The notes below the pieces were generated by a model. That model ran no database searches, had not been told where the DNA came from, and saw nothing but the letters and a program-made list of their open reading frames with translations. From a virus (Duplodnaviria > Caudoviricetes), in IMG/VR virus record IMGVR_UViG_3300032893_000058, positions 1 to 56,288 of that record: 56,288 nucleotides of DNA. The stretch is one strand, 5' to 3'. Of the stretch, positions 15,106 through 24,212 are shown in pieces (position 1 is the stretch's first letter; every line of letters begins with the position of its first letter). A program made the position numbers and the translations under genes.

Positions 15106-16122
15106 ATGCCGAAAGCACAAGCAGCAAAGAAGTCGACCAAGCCGGCGGCGCCGCAGCGTCAGGCCGCCCAGCCCGCCCGTACCGCCACCAAGGCCGCGCA
15201 GACCGCGGCGCACCAGGGGCGCGAAGAAGAGCGCCGCCCGGTGCAGCAAGCCCAGCAGCGCGCCCAGGTTCCCGCGCGCCGCGAGCCGGCGCCGCTGCCG
15301 TCCGCTGCCGTCGTTTCCCTGCCCGCGTTCATGCGGCAGGACGCCGATCTCGGCAAGGAGAACATCGGCAAGGACGATATCGAAATTCCGCGGCTGAAAT
15401 TGATGCAAGGTTTGTCGCCGGAACTGATGGAATACGACGGCCTCAAGGCTGGCTACTTCTTCCACCCGGCGGCCGAGTTCATCTTTGACGGCCCGTTCCG
15501 CGCCGTGCCGATCTTTATGGACCAGCGCTACATCTTGTGGCGTCCGCGCGATGCCGGCGGCGGCATCTTGGCCCGCGCCGACGACGGCGTGCACTGGTCG
15601 CCGGCCGGTGGTGATTTCACCGTCCAACTCGACAAGAAGGACGGCGGTCATACCGTCAAGTGGAAGCTGGCGCCGACCGTCGCCCAGTCCGGGCTGGCTA
15701 ACTGGGGCACTATGAACCCGGCCGACCCCAACTCGCCGCCGGCCGCGACGCTGATGTATAATTTCCTGCTGGCGTTCCCGGACGAACCCGACCTGATGCC
15801 GGCGGTGCTGTCGTTCCAGCGCTCGTCGATCAAGATGGGGCGCCGGTTCAACACCAAGCTTAAGACGGTGCGCGCGCCGATCTTTGGCACCATCTGGGAA
15901 TTCCGGTCGGCGGAGGATCACAACAATTCCGGCCAGACGTTCTTCAACATCGACGTCAAGTCGGCCGGGCTGGTCGAGGACCAGGATCAATACTCGCAGT
16001 ACCGGGCGATGTACGAGACGTTCAGCCAGAAGGGCCTGAACATCAAGGATTTGGAGTCAATCGGCGATGAAGAAAGCGCAATCGGTGGCGCCCCTGACAA
16101 TACTGACAGCCCTGCTATCTAG
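15106..16122 (+). CDS. Putative phage single-stranded DNA-binding/annealing protein
   Basis: DDIEIPRLKLMQGLSPE motif, acidic C-terminus, position before PolA. Confidence 0.6.
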   Translation: MPKAQAAKKSTKPAAPQRQAAQPARTATKAAQTAAHQGREEERRPVQQAQQRAQVPARREPAPLPSAAVVSLPAFMRQDADLGKENIGKDDIEIPRLKLMQGLSPELMEYDGLKAGYFFHPAAEFIFDGPFRAVPIFMDQRYILWRPRDAGGGILARADDGVHWSPAGGDFTVQLDKKDGGHTVKWKLAPTVAQSGLANWGTMNPADPNSPPAATLMYNFLLAFPDEPDLMPAVLSFQRSSIKMGRRFNTKLKTVRAPIFGTIWEFRSAEDHNNSGQTFFNIDVKSAGLVEDQDQYSQYRAMYETFSQKGLNIKDLESIGDEESAIGGAPDNTDSPAI

Positions 16123-16128
16123 GAAGCA

Positions 16129-16620
16129 ATGAGCCGCATCGACAAACACAGTAGGCGCGAATACAATCGCGCCTACAATATCAAGAACCGGGATAAAGTC
16201 CTGGCGCAGCGTGCTGTGTATTATAAACAAAACAAGAAACGACTAAACGCCCGAAGCCGAGTTTACTATGTGGCGAATAGACAGCGCTTGCTTAAGCAAG
16301 CGCGCGTTTATGCTGAGAAAAACTTAGCTAGGATTCTGCTACGTAAGGCTAGGGAGCGTGCAAAAAAGTTTGGCCTTGAATTTAATTTGACTCTTTCCGA
16401 TATCGTTATTCCCGACATGTGTCCAGTATTTGGGCACAAGCTTTCAATGGGTGTAGGTAAAGTACATCATTTCAGTCCAACACTCGACCGAATCAATTCA
16501 TTGCGCGGTTATGTTAAGGGCAATATTGCGGTTATTTCGCAAATGGCGAATGATATGAAAGCCAACGCGACCGCTGCACAACATCGACGCATCGCAGAAT
16601 GGATGGAATCAGTGTCATGA
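16129..16620 (+). CDS. His-Me (HNH-like) homing endonuclease
   Basis: CPVFG...SPTLDRINSLRGYVKGNIAVIS..AN.MK; low GC. Confidence 0.8.
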   Translation: MSRIDKHSRREYNRAYNIKNRDKVLAQRAVYYKQNKKRLNARSRVYYVANRQRLLKQARVYAEKNLARILLRKARERAKKFGLEFNLTLSDIVIPDMCPVFGHKLSMGVGKVHHFSPTLDRINSLRGYVKGNIAVISQMANDMKANATAAQHRRIAEWMESVS

Positions 16621-16913
16621 CCCCCGATCAGTTTGAACGTCTCCAACAGCAGCTTGCCGCGCTTGAACCCGAAATCAAAAACATGGTCGGCGCGTCGCCC
16701 GGCTTCGTGCGCGACCAGATCGAGCGCATGAACAACTACGGCATCAACATTCGCGTCAGCGTCAAGCAGCAGAAGTGGCTCGACGACCTGTACCAGGAAT
16801 ACGTCGGCGAACTGGACGCGCTGCCCGGCGGCGACGGGCGCGATCTTGGTGCCGAGCGCGGCGAAGTGCTGGGCGACGACTTCAACGACAAGGACGACGA
16901 GATACCATTCTGA
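16617..16913 (+). CDS. Hypothetical protein with SSB-like acidic tail (DDEIPF)
   Basis: Ends ...DDFNDKDDEIPF; ATGA-coupled. Confidence 0.7.
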   Translation: MTPDQFERLQQQLAALEPEIKNMVGASPGFVRDQIERMNNYGINIRVSVKQQKWLDDLYQEYVGELDALPGGDGRDLGAERGEVLGDDFNDKDDEIPF

Positions 16914-16925
16914 AAGGAGAAACCC

Positions 16926-17135
16926 ATGGACTGGATTTTAATAGCGGTCGTCTCTGGTTCGATCATCGTCAGCGGACATAGCACGGAGGAAGCGTGCCTT
17001 GGTCGCGCGGCAATGTTGAAGAAAGACCAGAAAATCGAGGCCAAATGTGTGTCGTCGCCGACGAGGTACGGCAGTGTTACACTCTACGACAATGGCTGCA
17101 GAATCCTCCGTTTAGACGGATCGCCGGCTTGCTGA
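16926..17135 (+). CDS. Small Cys-containing hypothetical protein
   Basis: AAGGAG RBS; hydrophobic N-terminus. Confidence 0.55.
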   Translation: MDWILIAVVSGSIIVSGHSTEEACLGRAAMLKKDQKIEAKCVSSPTRYGSVTLYDNGCRILRLDGSPAC

Positions 17136-17285
17136 CGCAGCGCCAGTTCCGCGCCCTCAAGTGGCGCGAAGTCTACCGTGACGACCGCATCGTCGTCTTC
17201 TCAGGGGGTCTAGATGGCTTCAGCCTCGTCCACGTCAAGCAAGGCCAAAAAGTTACTAACATGTACCGTGTACGAGGACGTTGGT

Positions 17286-19214
17286 ATGACAGCCCGTCCG
17301 AAGCGGTCCTGGCCTACAACGGGCGCCCCCGACGAGACGCTGCAGACCGTGCTAAATCGGTTGAAGGACCCGACCCAGTCGACGCGCTGCCTTGACGTCG
17401 AAACGTCCGGGCTTGACTGGCGTAACAACGCCATCGTCGGCTACGTCGTCACGTTCAGCGGCGACCCGCGCGATTCCTATTACGTGCCGTTTCGCCACGC
17501 CGGTAATGCCAACGTCGGGGGTCGCGACGGTCTGAAATCGCCGACCGGCTGGGATGGCAAGCTGTTGCCGGGCGAAAAGGAACTGGTGACGGCGCTCGAC
17601 CAGCCGGGCACGCTGATGTTCGGACACAATCTGGCGTTTGATTTGCGGTTCAAGGCGCGCGTCGGCTTTAAGTTTCAACCGAAGTTCGAAGATACCATAA
17701 TCAACGAACCGCTGCTCGACGAGTATGCGACGTTCTCGCTGGTGGCCTGTGCCGCGCGCCACAACGTGCAGGCCAAGAAGGGCACCGAACTTTATGCTTA
17801 CATGGCTGACAAGCTGGGCGAGAAGAACGACAAGAACATTATGGGCCATTTCTGGCGTCTGTCCGGTGACGATCCGATGGCGGTCGAATATGCCTGCGGC
17901 GACGGCACGTCGACCTGGCAATTGCGCGACGCGCAGATGGTTGAAATTCAGGCGCAGGAATTAGGCCGCGTTCATGCTGTCGAAAGTCGCCTGATCCCGG
18001 TGCTGGCGCGCATGATGGTGCGCGGCGTCAAGGTCGACGAGGAACGCCTGGAATGGCTGATCGGGCACATCGACGATGAAGTCGAAAAACTGAAGAACGA
18101 ATTTCCGCCCGATTTCAACGCACTGTCGCCGACCGACGTGCAGGCGTGGATGGAGAAGCACGGCCATACCGACTGGCCACGCACGGCGCCGTCGCGGACC
18201 CGGCCGCAAGGCTCGCCGTCGTTCACGTCGCACTGGCTCGAGACGCACGAGGCCGGCCGCAAGATCATCAAACTACGCAAGTGGGAGAACCTCAATTCGA
18301 CCTTTTGCCATCCGCTGCGCGATCGGCACCTGTGGCACGGGCGGGTGCACTGCACCTTTAACCAGCTTCGCAACGACGAGTTCGGCACCGTGACCGGGCG
18401 ATTGTCGAGCAACGACCCCAACATGCAACAGGTGCCCAAGCACGACGAGGACTTGGGCCGGCTGTACCGGTCGGTGTTCGTGCCGGATTACGGATTGTGG
18501 GGCGAGCGCGACTACAGTCAGATCGAGCCGCGGCTGATGGCCTGGTATACGCGGGCGCGGGTGTTCCTCGACGACTATCGCAACAACCCGGACGCCGACA
18601 GCCACACCGCAGTGGCCAAGGATGCCAAGGGCGCGGCGTGGGACGACATGTCGCCGGCCGAGCAAAAGCACTTCCGCAACACTTGGGCCAAGCGCGTCAA
18701 TCAGACCGTGATCACGGGGGGCGGTAAGAACGCGCTGATCAAAAAATACAAGATGTCCGAGCAAGAAGCGATGCAGGCGCTGGTGCGCTATTTCAGGACC
18801 GTGCCTGAATTGAAGCCATTTCAGAAGAAGGCGGCGCGGTTGTTCCGCGAGCGCGGCTACGTGCGCGACGTGCTGGGGCGCCGGGCGCACTTGCGCGATC
18901 CGGACAAGGACTACACCGCGATGAACCGGCTGCTGCAGATGAGCAACGCCAGCATGCTCAAACTTAAGATGGCCGAAGTGCAGGAGTATCTGGACAGCGA
19001 GCCACAGGCGCAGGTCGAACTGCTTTTAAATTGTCACGACGCGCTGTCGTTCCAGTTTGCACTTGACAAGCGGTCGCGGGCCGCGTATGCTGAGTGCAAG
19101 CATATCATGGAGGACTTCTCAAGTGACGCGGCGATGGTCAAGATCGACCTGCCGATCAAGGTCGACGAGGGCGACGGCCCGAATTGGAGCGTCGCAACAT
19201 ACGGGGAAGATTGA
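17286..19214 (+). CDS. polA: Family A DNA polymerase with 3'-5' exonuclease, atypical motif B
   Basis: ExoI DVETSG, ExoII HNLAFD, ExoIII YACGD; TGRLSS.DPNMQQ; motif A DYSQIEPR; motif B AKRVNQTVITG; motif C HDA. Confidence 0.95.
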   Translation: MTARPKRSWPTTGAPDETLQTVLNRLKDPTQSTRCLDVETSGLDWRNNAIVGYVVTFSGDPRDSYYVPFRHAGNANVGGRDGLKSPTGWDGKLLPGEKELVTALDQPGTLMFGHNLAFDLRFKARVGFKFQPKFEDTIINEPLLDEYATFSLVACAARHNVQAKKGTELYAYMADKLGEKNDKNIMGHFWRLSGDDPMAVEYACGDGTSTWQLRDAQMVEIQAQELGRVHAVESRLIPVLARMMVRGVKVDEERLEWLIGHIDDEVEKLKNEFPPDFNALSPTDVQAWMEKHGHTDWPRTAPSRTRPQGSPSFTSHWLETHEAGRKIIKLRKWENLNSTFCHPLRDRHLWHGRVHCTFNQLRNDEFGTVTGRLSSNDPNMQQVPKHDEDLGRLYRSVFVPDYGLWGERDYSQIEPRLMAWYTRARVFLDDYRNNPDADSHTAVAKDAKGAAWDDMSPAEQKHFRNTWAKRVNQTVITGGGKNALIKKYKMSEQEAMQALVRYFRTVPELKPFQKKAARLFRERGYVRDVLGRRAHLRDPDKDYTAMNRLLQMSNASMLKLKMAEVQEYLDSEPQAQVELLLNCHDALSFQFALDKRSRAAYAECKHIMEDFSSDAAMVKIDLPIKVDEGDGPNWSVATYGED

Positions 19215-19376
19215 TGTGGTATCTTGGCGGAAAGATGCGACAGTCGAAGCAAATCGTCGCGGCGATCGACAATTTTAGTTTGTACGTTGAGCCATTCTGC
19301 GGGGCGTTATGGTCGGCTACCGCCGTAATGAAGACTTTTCCGGGGCGCCGATACCTATTAAACCATGCTTATCCGG

Positions 19377-19405
19377 TTGACACATGCAGACACTTGTGCT
19401 AGTAT
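19377..19405 (+). promoter_or_regulatory. IS inward promoter overlapping the left IR
   Basis: TTGACA-N17-TAGTAT with extended TG. Confidence 0.65.
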
Positions 19406-19450
19406 CATGGGCGTTGGTGGCGATCACGCCACCCTCCTTGGAGGGTAAAA

Positions 19451-19774
19451 ATGGCAAACGCTCTGGTACATCCGACTAAAGTTATTGATGCGATTAATTG
19501 CGCCACGGCTGCTGAAGTTATGGCCGCAATTGAGCAGATGGGCATGAGTCTCGATTTGGCTTGCACGGTTAAAGTCAGCCTCATCGAAGAAACGCTTTCT
19601 GATGGCTCTAAAGCCCAAAGCATCGTCCTTCGTTCGGAGGATGACGCCGATTTCGCGAGAAATGTCGCGGGGTTGAATGAAGATATTTTCTTCCGGGCTG
19701 ACCTGCGCCTTCTGCGGTCTACCCTTCGCGAGTATCGACGAGAGGCAATAGCCTTGGTCGAGAAGGGGGTCTGA
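19451..19774 (+). CDS. IS passenger gene 1, hypothetical
   Basis: GGAGGG RBS; lies inside the IRs. Confidence 0.65.
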   Translation: MANALVHPTKVIDAINCATAAEVMAAIEQMGMSLDLACTVKVSLIEETLSDGSKAQSIVLRSEDDADFARNVAGLNEDIFFRADLRLLRSTLREYRREAIALVEKGV

Positions 19775-19777
19775 ACC

Positions 19778-20008
19778 ATGACCAAGGCTACCGAAGGTGC
19801 GCACGAAGAAATCGACCTGTTGGGCCGTGAAATCGAGGGCCTCAATGATCAGTGCAATGAATTGGAGGCTGCCCTTCGAGAGTCGTTGAAATTGCAAAGC
19901 CACTACGCTGCGCTGCTGAATGACTATGACGGCGGCAAAAGAATGGGATTTAGCTCCGTCGAGGCGTGGCTCAATCGGCTTCGCTCTCTTAAAAGTGGGG
20001 AGGCATAG
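19778..20008 (+). CDS. IS passenger gene 2, coiled-coil hypothetical
   Basis: Lies inside the IRs; abuts the transposase start. Confidence 0.65.
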   Translation: MTKATEGAHEEIDLLGREIEGLNDQCNELEAALRESLKLQSHYAALLNDYDGGKRMGFSSVEAWLNRLRSLKSGEA

Positions 20009-21052
20009 ATGCCTCCCCATGCCGATGTTCTCCAATGGGAACATCTGCCGTTCCCCAAGTCGCTCCGGGATTTCCAGCGGCTTTTCCCGACTGATACTGC
20101 CTGCGCCCGCTGGCTTGAGGGTGCTAAGTGGCCGAAGGGCTTTGAGTGCCCGCATTGCCACGAAAAGGGCGACCCGCAACGGCTGGAATCCCGTCCGGGC
20201 GTCTTGGCTTGCCGATCCTGCCGTAAGCAAACGTCGCTGACGGTCGGCACGGTGATGGAGCGGACACATACGCCGCTCGCAACATGGTTTTGGGCGGCCT
20301 ACCTCGTTTCCAGCCTGACACCCGGCATTTCGGCCGTTCAACTGCAACGGCAGGTCGGACTTACAAGGTACGAGACGGCCTTCCAAATCCTGCACAAGCT
20401 CCGCGCTGGCATGGTGCGGCCAAACCGCGACCAGATCGGCGGCAATCTGGCGCGCGGCGATCATGTCGAGGTCGATGAATGTTATATCGGCGGCGAGACG
20501 CGCGGTAAGGGCAAAGGCGTGCACGCCGACGAAAAGACCCTGGTTGTTGCTGCGGTCGAAGTCCGCACGCGACCGGCCAAGAAGGGCGATAAGCCTATGC
20601 GGCGCGGCGGCCGATATGCTGGCCGTCTGCGGCTGGAAATCGCGCCGACACGTGGCGAGAAATCCCTCTGCGGCTTTGTGGAGGCTGCCGTCGCGCCGGG
20701 CGCAATCGTCATCACGGATGCGGCCCCGGCTTATAGGAACCTCGAAAAGCTCGGCTATGCCCATCTGCCGGTGATTGAAGGCGGCAATCCGGAAGTCGCC
20801 GAAGAATATCTGCCCATCGTCCACTTGGTTTTCAGCAACCTGAAAGCTTGGCTGCAGGGCACCCATCACGGTCGCGTCGAGCCCAAGCACCTGCAGACTT
20901 ATCTCAACGAGTTCACCTTCCGCTTTAACCGGCGGTTCTACCCATTCAACGCTTTCCGCTCGTTGCTCGGCATCGGGGCAAACGGCGAAGCTCCGACCTA
21001 TGATGGGCTCTATAGCGGGAAGTGGAAGCATCGGACGCTCGATCATGACTGA
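20009..21052 (+). CDS. tnp: IS1595-family transposase
   Basis: Zn ribbon CPHC/CRSC, HTH, VEVDECY, ITD, LPIVH (His as third catalytic residue), YLNEFTFRFNRR. Confidence 0.95.
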   Translation: MPPHADVLQWEHLPFPKSLRDFQRLFPTDTACARWLEGAKWPKGFECPHCHEKGDPQRLESRPGVLACRSCRKQTSLTVGTVMERTHTPLATWFWAAYLVSSLTPGISAVQLQRQVGLTRYETAFQILHKLRAGMVRPNRDQIGGNLARGDHVEVDECYIGGETRGKGKGVHADEKTLVVAAVEVRTRPAKKGDKPMRRGGRYAGRLRLEIAPTRGEKSLCGFVEAAVAPGAIVITDAAPAYRNLEKLGYAHLPVIEGGNPEVAEEYLPIVHLVFSNLKAWLQGTHHGRVEPKHLQTYLNEFTFRFNRRFYPFNAFRSLLGIGANGEAPTYDGLYSGKWKHRTLDHD

Positions 21053-21645
21053 TCAACCAATAGAGGCTGCATGTTCAAACCGGATAAGCATGTATTAAAC
21101 GATATAAACCCGTACTTGATAAACATGTGGCACGCCGCTTATGACGGATGGAACCCCCCGGAAAAGGTGACGGAACGCGATTATATTTATTACAATAAAA
21201 CACGCCCGATAAATGATCCAATGACAGGTTATGTTGGGTTTGCGTGGTCATTTGGGGGTAAATTCTTTGGTGGCGCGGCACGCACCAATGGCAGGATAAA
21301 AGGATCATATAAATCAACGCGCGATAAGATCGATGTCATACGCGCGAATAATGTGCGGTTCACATGCGGGCATTTTTCCTTGGTTAAACCGCAATCGCAG
21401 TCAGTTGTTTATCTGGACCCACCTTATGAGGCCCGCACCCATCAATCACATTTGAGCAAAAGGTTCAATTACGACGAATATTTTATCTACGCCGAGAATC
21501 TTGCAAAACGTCACGTGGTGATTGCTACGTCGTTTACCAACGAACGCAAATGGAAGGTGTTGCACAATTATGGCGATACTGTCGTGCGCCATCACGCCGG
21601 AAAAGCCCCCGATGGTACAATAGAGCTGCTGTTACGGGTAGGAAA

Positions 21646-22149
21646 ATGAAGGAAACCGCCATTCAAGCCATCGTCTGCGACGTGGTCAACGAGGCCGGCG
21701 GCTTCGCCATGAAGATGGACAACGCGTTCGTCGGCGGCGTGGCGGACCTGCTGATAAAATTGCCGAATTACAGGCAATTTAAAGGTTGGCGCGGTCGTGG
21801 TGACGCAGCTAGTTTTCTTGAAGTTAAGCAACGGGTCCGTCCGCGCACCGGCAATGCGACGTTCTCGCTCGACGTGACGCACCTGCAGGACAAGTTCTTG
21901 CGCCGAGCCGACGCCGCCGGCATCCCGTGCGGTGTGGCATCGTTCATGCAAGAAGGCACCGGGTCGGGGCTGAAATTGTGGCTGCACGTGATGACCTGGC
22001 GCGTCGCTAGCTACGAGGACGGTGTCGGTGCCAAAGCGTACACGACCTGTCCGGACGCACACATCCTGCTGGGGCGCAAGGGCGAGCGCGAAGGCCCGCT
22101 GCTCAGCGCACTATATGACTGGCACCAAAAATGGAGGGAAGAGCGATGA
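21646..22149 (+). CDS. PD-(D/E)xK nuclease (VRR-NUC / resolvase-like)
   Basis: MKETAIQ...GVADL...FLEVK...LQ..FL pattern. Confidence 0.7.
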   Translation: MKETAIQAIVCDVVNEAGGFAMKMDNAFVGGVADLLIKLPNYRQFKGWRGRGDAASFLEVKQRVRPRTGNATFSLDVTHLQDKFLRRADAAGIPCGVASFMQEGTGSGLKLWLHVMTWRVASYEDGVGAKAYTTCPDAHILLGRKGEREGPLLSALYDWHQKWREER

Positions 22150-22655
22150 CCTTGGGAACCGTCGACTATCGCTGCGACGAGTGCAACGCTGACTATAAGA
22201 ATTGCGGCGGTGGCGACCTGATACAATGTCCCAAGAACCGCGGCCCTAATAAAGGGTGCGGGTTGCGCATGGTGCGTCACACGGACGAAATCGTAGCCGG
22301 TAATGCCGAAACTGCGGCGCTGTTGTCGCAGCCAGAAATTACCGCCAAAGCGTCGTGGTTATTGGCCGAAGGCGGCCAGTCTTTGGCCTCCATCCTGTCC
22401 GACCGCGGCAAGACCCACGGCGATTTCGGCGACAACGCTGAAATTGCGCTGCAGATTCGCGACGTGATGCGCAGTGCCAAGCCGCACTGGTCGAACCTGT
22501 CAGCCGAGCAGCGACTGGCGCTTGAAGAGATCGCGCTCAAGATCGCCCGCATCTGTAGCGGCGGCAACTGGGAGGCGGAACACTGGCGCGACATCCAAGG
22601 CTACGCTAAGCTGGGCGAAAACGTGTGCAACAGCAGGAACGCGGCGCAAGAATGA
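22146..22655 (+). CDS. DUF6378-like protein with N-terminal Zn ribbon
   Basis: RGKTHGDF...KIARI..G....HWRDIQGYA; CxxC N-terminus. Confidence 0.7.
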   Translation: MTLGTVDYRCDECNADYKNCGGGDLIQCPKNRGPNKGCGLRMVRHTDEIVAGNAETAALLSQPEITAKASWLLAEGGQSLASILSDRGKTHGDFGDNAEIALQIRDVMRSAKPHWSNLSAEQRLALEEIALKIARICSGGNWEAEHWRDIQGYAKLGENVCNSRNAAQE

Positions 22656-22809
22656 AACTGCTTTGTTATTGGTTTGGTCATAAATGGAAATGGTCAGAGT
22701 GGTGGACACCGCCAACTGTACCGCCTAGTCCGTGTCTTTATCGCTGGAAAACGTGCCAGCGATGCGGAGAATCTTATCGTCAGCACGTTTTAAAATAGGA
22801 GATCAGATC

Positions 22810-23901
22810 ATGTGGCTCGATCAATTCTGTCAGCGCGGCAAGGCCGACGTGATCGTCGGCGGGCAATGGGGCTCGGAAGGCAAGGGCGCCGCGGCGGCCT
22901 ATCTGGCGCGGCGGTTAGCCGAAGGTTTTCGCTCCTACGATGTTTACAGCACCAATGCCGGCGCCCAGGCCGGACACACATCGGTTCACAGGGGACGCAA
23001 GCGCGTCGTGTTTCATTTGCCGACCGCGGCACTGATCGCGCGGGATCACGATTTTCCTGGACTGATCCACTTGAACGGCGGGTCGATCATCGACCCCGAC
23101 GTGTTGGAACAGGAACTTAAGGACAACGACCTGACCACCACCGACGTTCAAATTCACGCCAATGCCGCGGTGATCACGCAGGACTGCAAGGACGCCGAGG
23201 GCTTGGCTCATTCAGTGCAGACCAAGATTGCTTCGACCCGCAAGGGCGTCGGCGAGGCGCTGGCGCGCAAGGTGCTGCGATCCGGCGTGATCGCCAAGGA
23301 CCACCCGTTCCTGCGCCAGTTCGTGCGCCCGATACCGTGGCGCATGTTGAGCATTGACCGGGTCCTGGTTGAAGTGCCGCAAGGCATCGGGCTGTCGGTC
23401 GACGGGCAATTTTACCCGCACTGCACGTCGCGCAATTGCACGCTGCAGCAGGGGCTGGCCGATGCCGGCATTCACCCGCGCCAGTTCGGCGCCTCGATGT
23501 TGGTGCTGCGTACCACGCCGATCAGAGTCGGCAACATTGTCGAATCGTTGAGTATTGACACGCCATTTGGCGCGGTACGCAGTAAACCCACTGTGCTTGG
23601 CACGTCCGGCGGCTACTATGCTGACCAGCGGGAATTGTCGTGGAACGAATTAGGCGTGCCGCCGGAAATTACCACCGTGACCAAGCGCGTGCGCCGCGTG
23701 TTCTCGTTCTCGGGTCGGCAGGCGCGTGAAGCCATAATGCTGACGCGCCCTGACGTGGTACATCTGACGTTCTGCGATTACCCGGTTAACGTGGCTGAAA
23801 TCACGATCAGCATTATCAACACGGCGGAGCATTTCAGGCTTGAGCCTAAGGTGTTGTTCCAATACGGGCCGACGACTGACGACGTTCAGGAGGAAATGTG
23901 A
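22810..23901 (+). CDS. purZ: PurZ-type (PurZ0-like) adenylosuccinate-synthetase homolog
   Basis: GGQWGSEGKG (Ser where PurA has the catalytic Asp), AGHT, YPHCTSR, PIRVG, TTVTKRVRRV, LTFCD; short 363-aa form; ATG 22810 after AGGAG. Confidence 0.85.
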   Translation: MWLDQFCQRGKADVIVGGQWGSEGKGAAAAYLARRLAEGFRSYDVYSTNAGAQAGHTSVHRGRKRVVFHLPTAALIARDHDFPGLIHLNGGSIIDPDVLEQELKDNDLTTTDVQIHANAAVITQDCKDAEGLAHSVQTKIASTRKGVGEALARKVLRSGVIAKDHPFLRQFVRPIPWRMLSIDRVLVEVPQGIGLSVDGQFYPHCTSRNCTLQQGLADAGIHPRQFGASMLVLRTTPIRVGNIVESLSIDTPFGAVRSKPTVLGTSGGYYADQRELSWNELGVPPEITTVTKRVRRVFSFSGRQAREAIMLTRPDVVHLTFCDYPVNVAEITISIINTAEHFRLEPKVLFQYGPTTDDVQEEM

Positions 23902-24212
23902 GCCGCACCACGCTGTCCGACCGCCGGTTGTCAATAACGGCCAAACTGACACACATCAAGGCTGACGGCGGCGAATTGCACGTCATCGCTACCTTCGGAC
24001 TTGACAGAGGACAGGTGCGTGAAGTTTTTTGCAGTTCATTCAAGGACGGTGCCGACGTGCGGGGCCTGGTCATCGACGCCTGCGTCTGCATGTCGTTGTT
24101 GCTGCAACACGGGTATTCGGTGCGGGACCTGAAGGGCAAGTTGATCCCGGCGCCGCAGTCGGTGCTGGCGACGCTGGTCGACGCGGCGATAGAGATAGAG
24201 GGTGAAAAATGA
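23898..24212 (+). CDS. TSCPD-like domain protein (class II RNR C-terminal-like)
   Basis: G.VREVF....K.G.D...L..D.....SLLLQHG pattern. Confidence 0.65.
   Translation: MSRTTLSDRRLSITAKLTHIKADGGELHVIATFGLDRGQVREVFCSSFKDGADVRGLVIDACVCMSLLLQHGYSVRDLKGKLIPAPQSVLATLVDAAIEIEGEK

Larger units (their letters stand above)
19364..21092 (+). mobile_element. IS1595-family insertion sequence (ISSod11-like) with passenger genes, 1729 bp
   Basis: 26-bp terminal IRs (CATGCTTATCCGGTT..., 23/26 match) and 8-bp target duplication TATTAAAC (19356-19363, 21093-21100). Confidence 0.95.
19214..21649 (+). pseudogene. Dam-like (D12 class) N6-adenine methyltransferase interrupted by IS1595-family element
   Basis: The 5' part MWYLGGK...EPFCG...YLLN (19214-19363) and the 3' part DINPYL...VVYLDPPY (21101-21649) rejoin in frame (232 aa) when the IS and one target-site copy are removed. 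Confidence 0.9.

Noticed and set aside
19424-21046. 540-aa antisense ORF across the IS
   Set aside because: Shadow of the transposase and passenger genes on the opposite strand; no motifs or RBS support.
21071-21649. 192-aa ORF as an independent intact methylase
   Set aside because: Its start lies within the IS right IR and it lacks the SAM-binding N-terminal motifs, which are left of the IS.
22810-23901. Ordinary purA auxiliary metabolic gene
   Set aside because: The catalytic Asp of GDEGKG is Ser, and the neighbours are HD and MazG-like hydrolases, which fits PurZ better.
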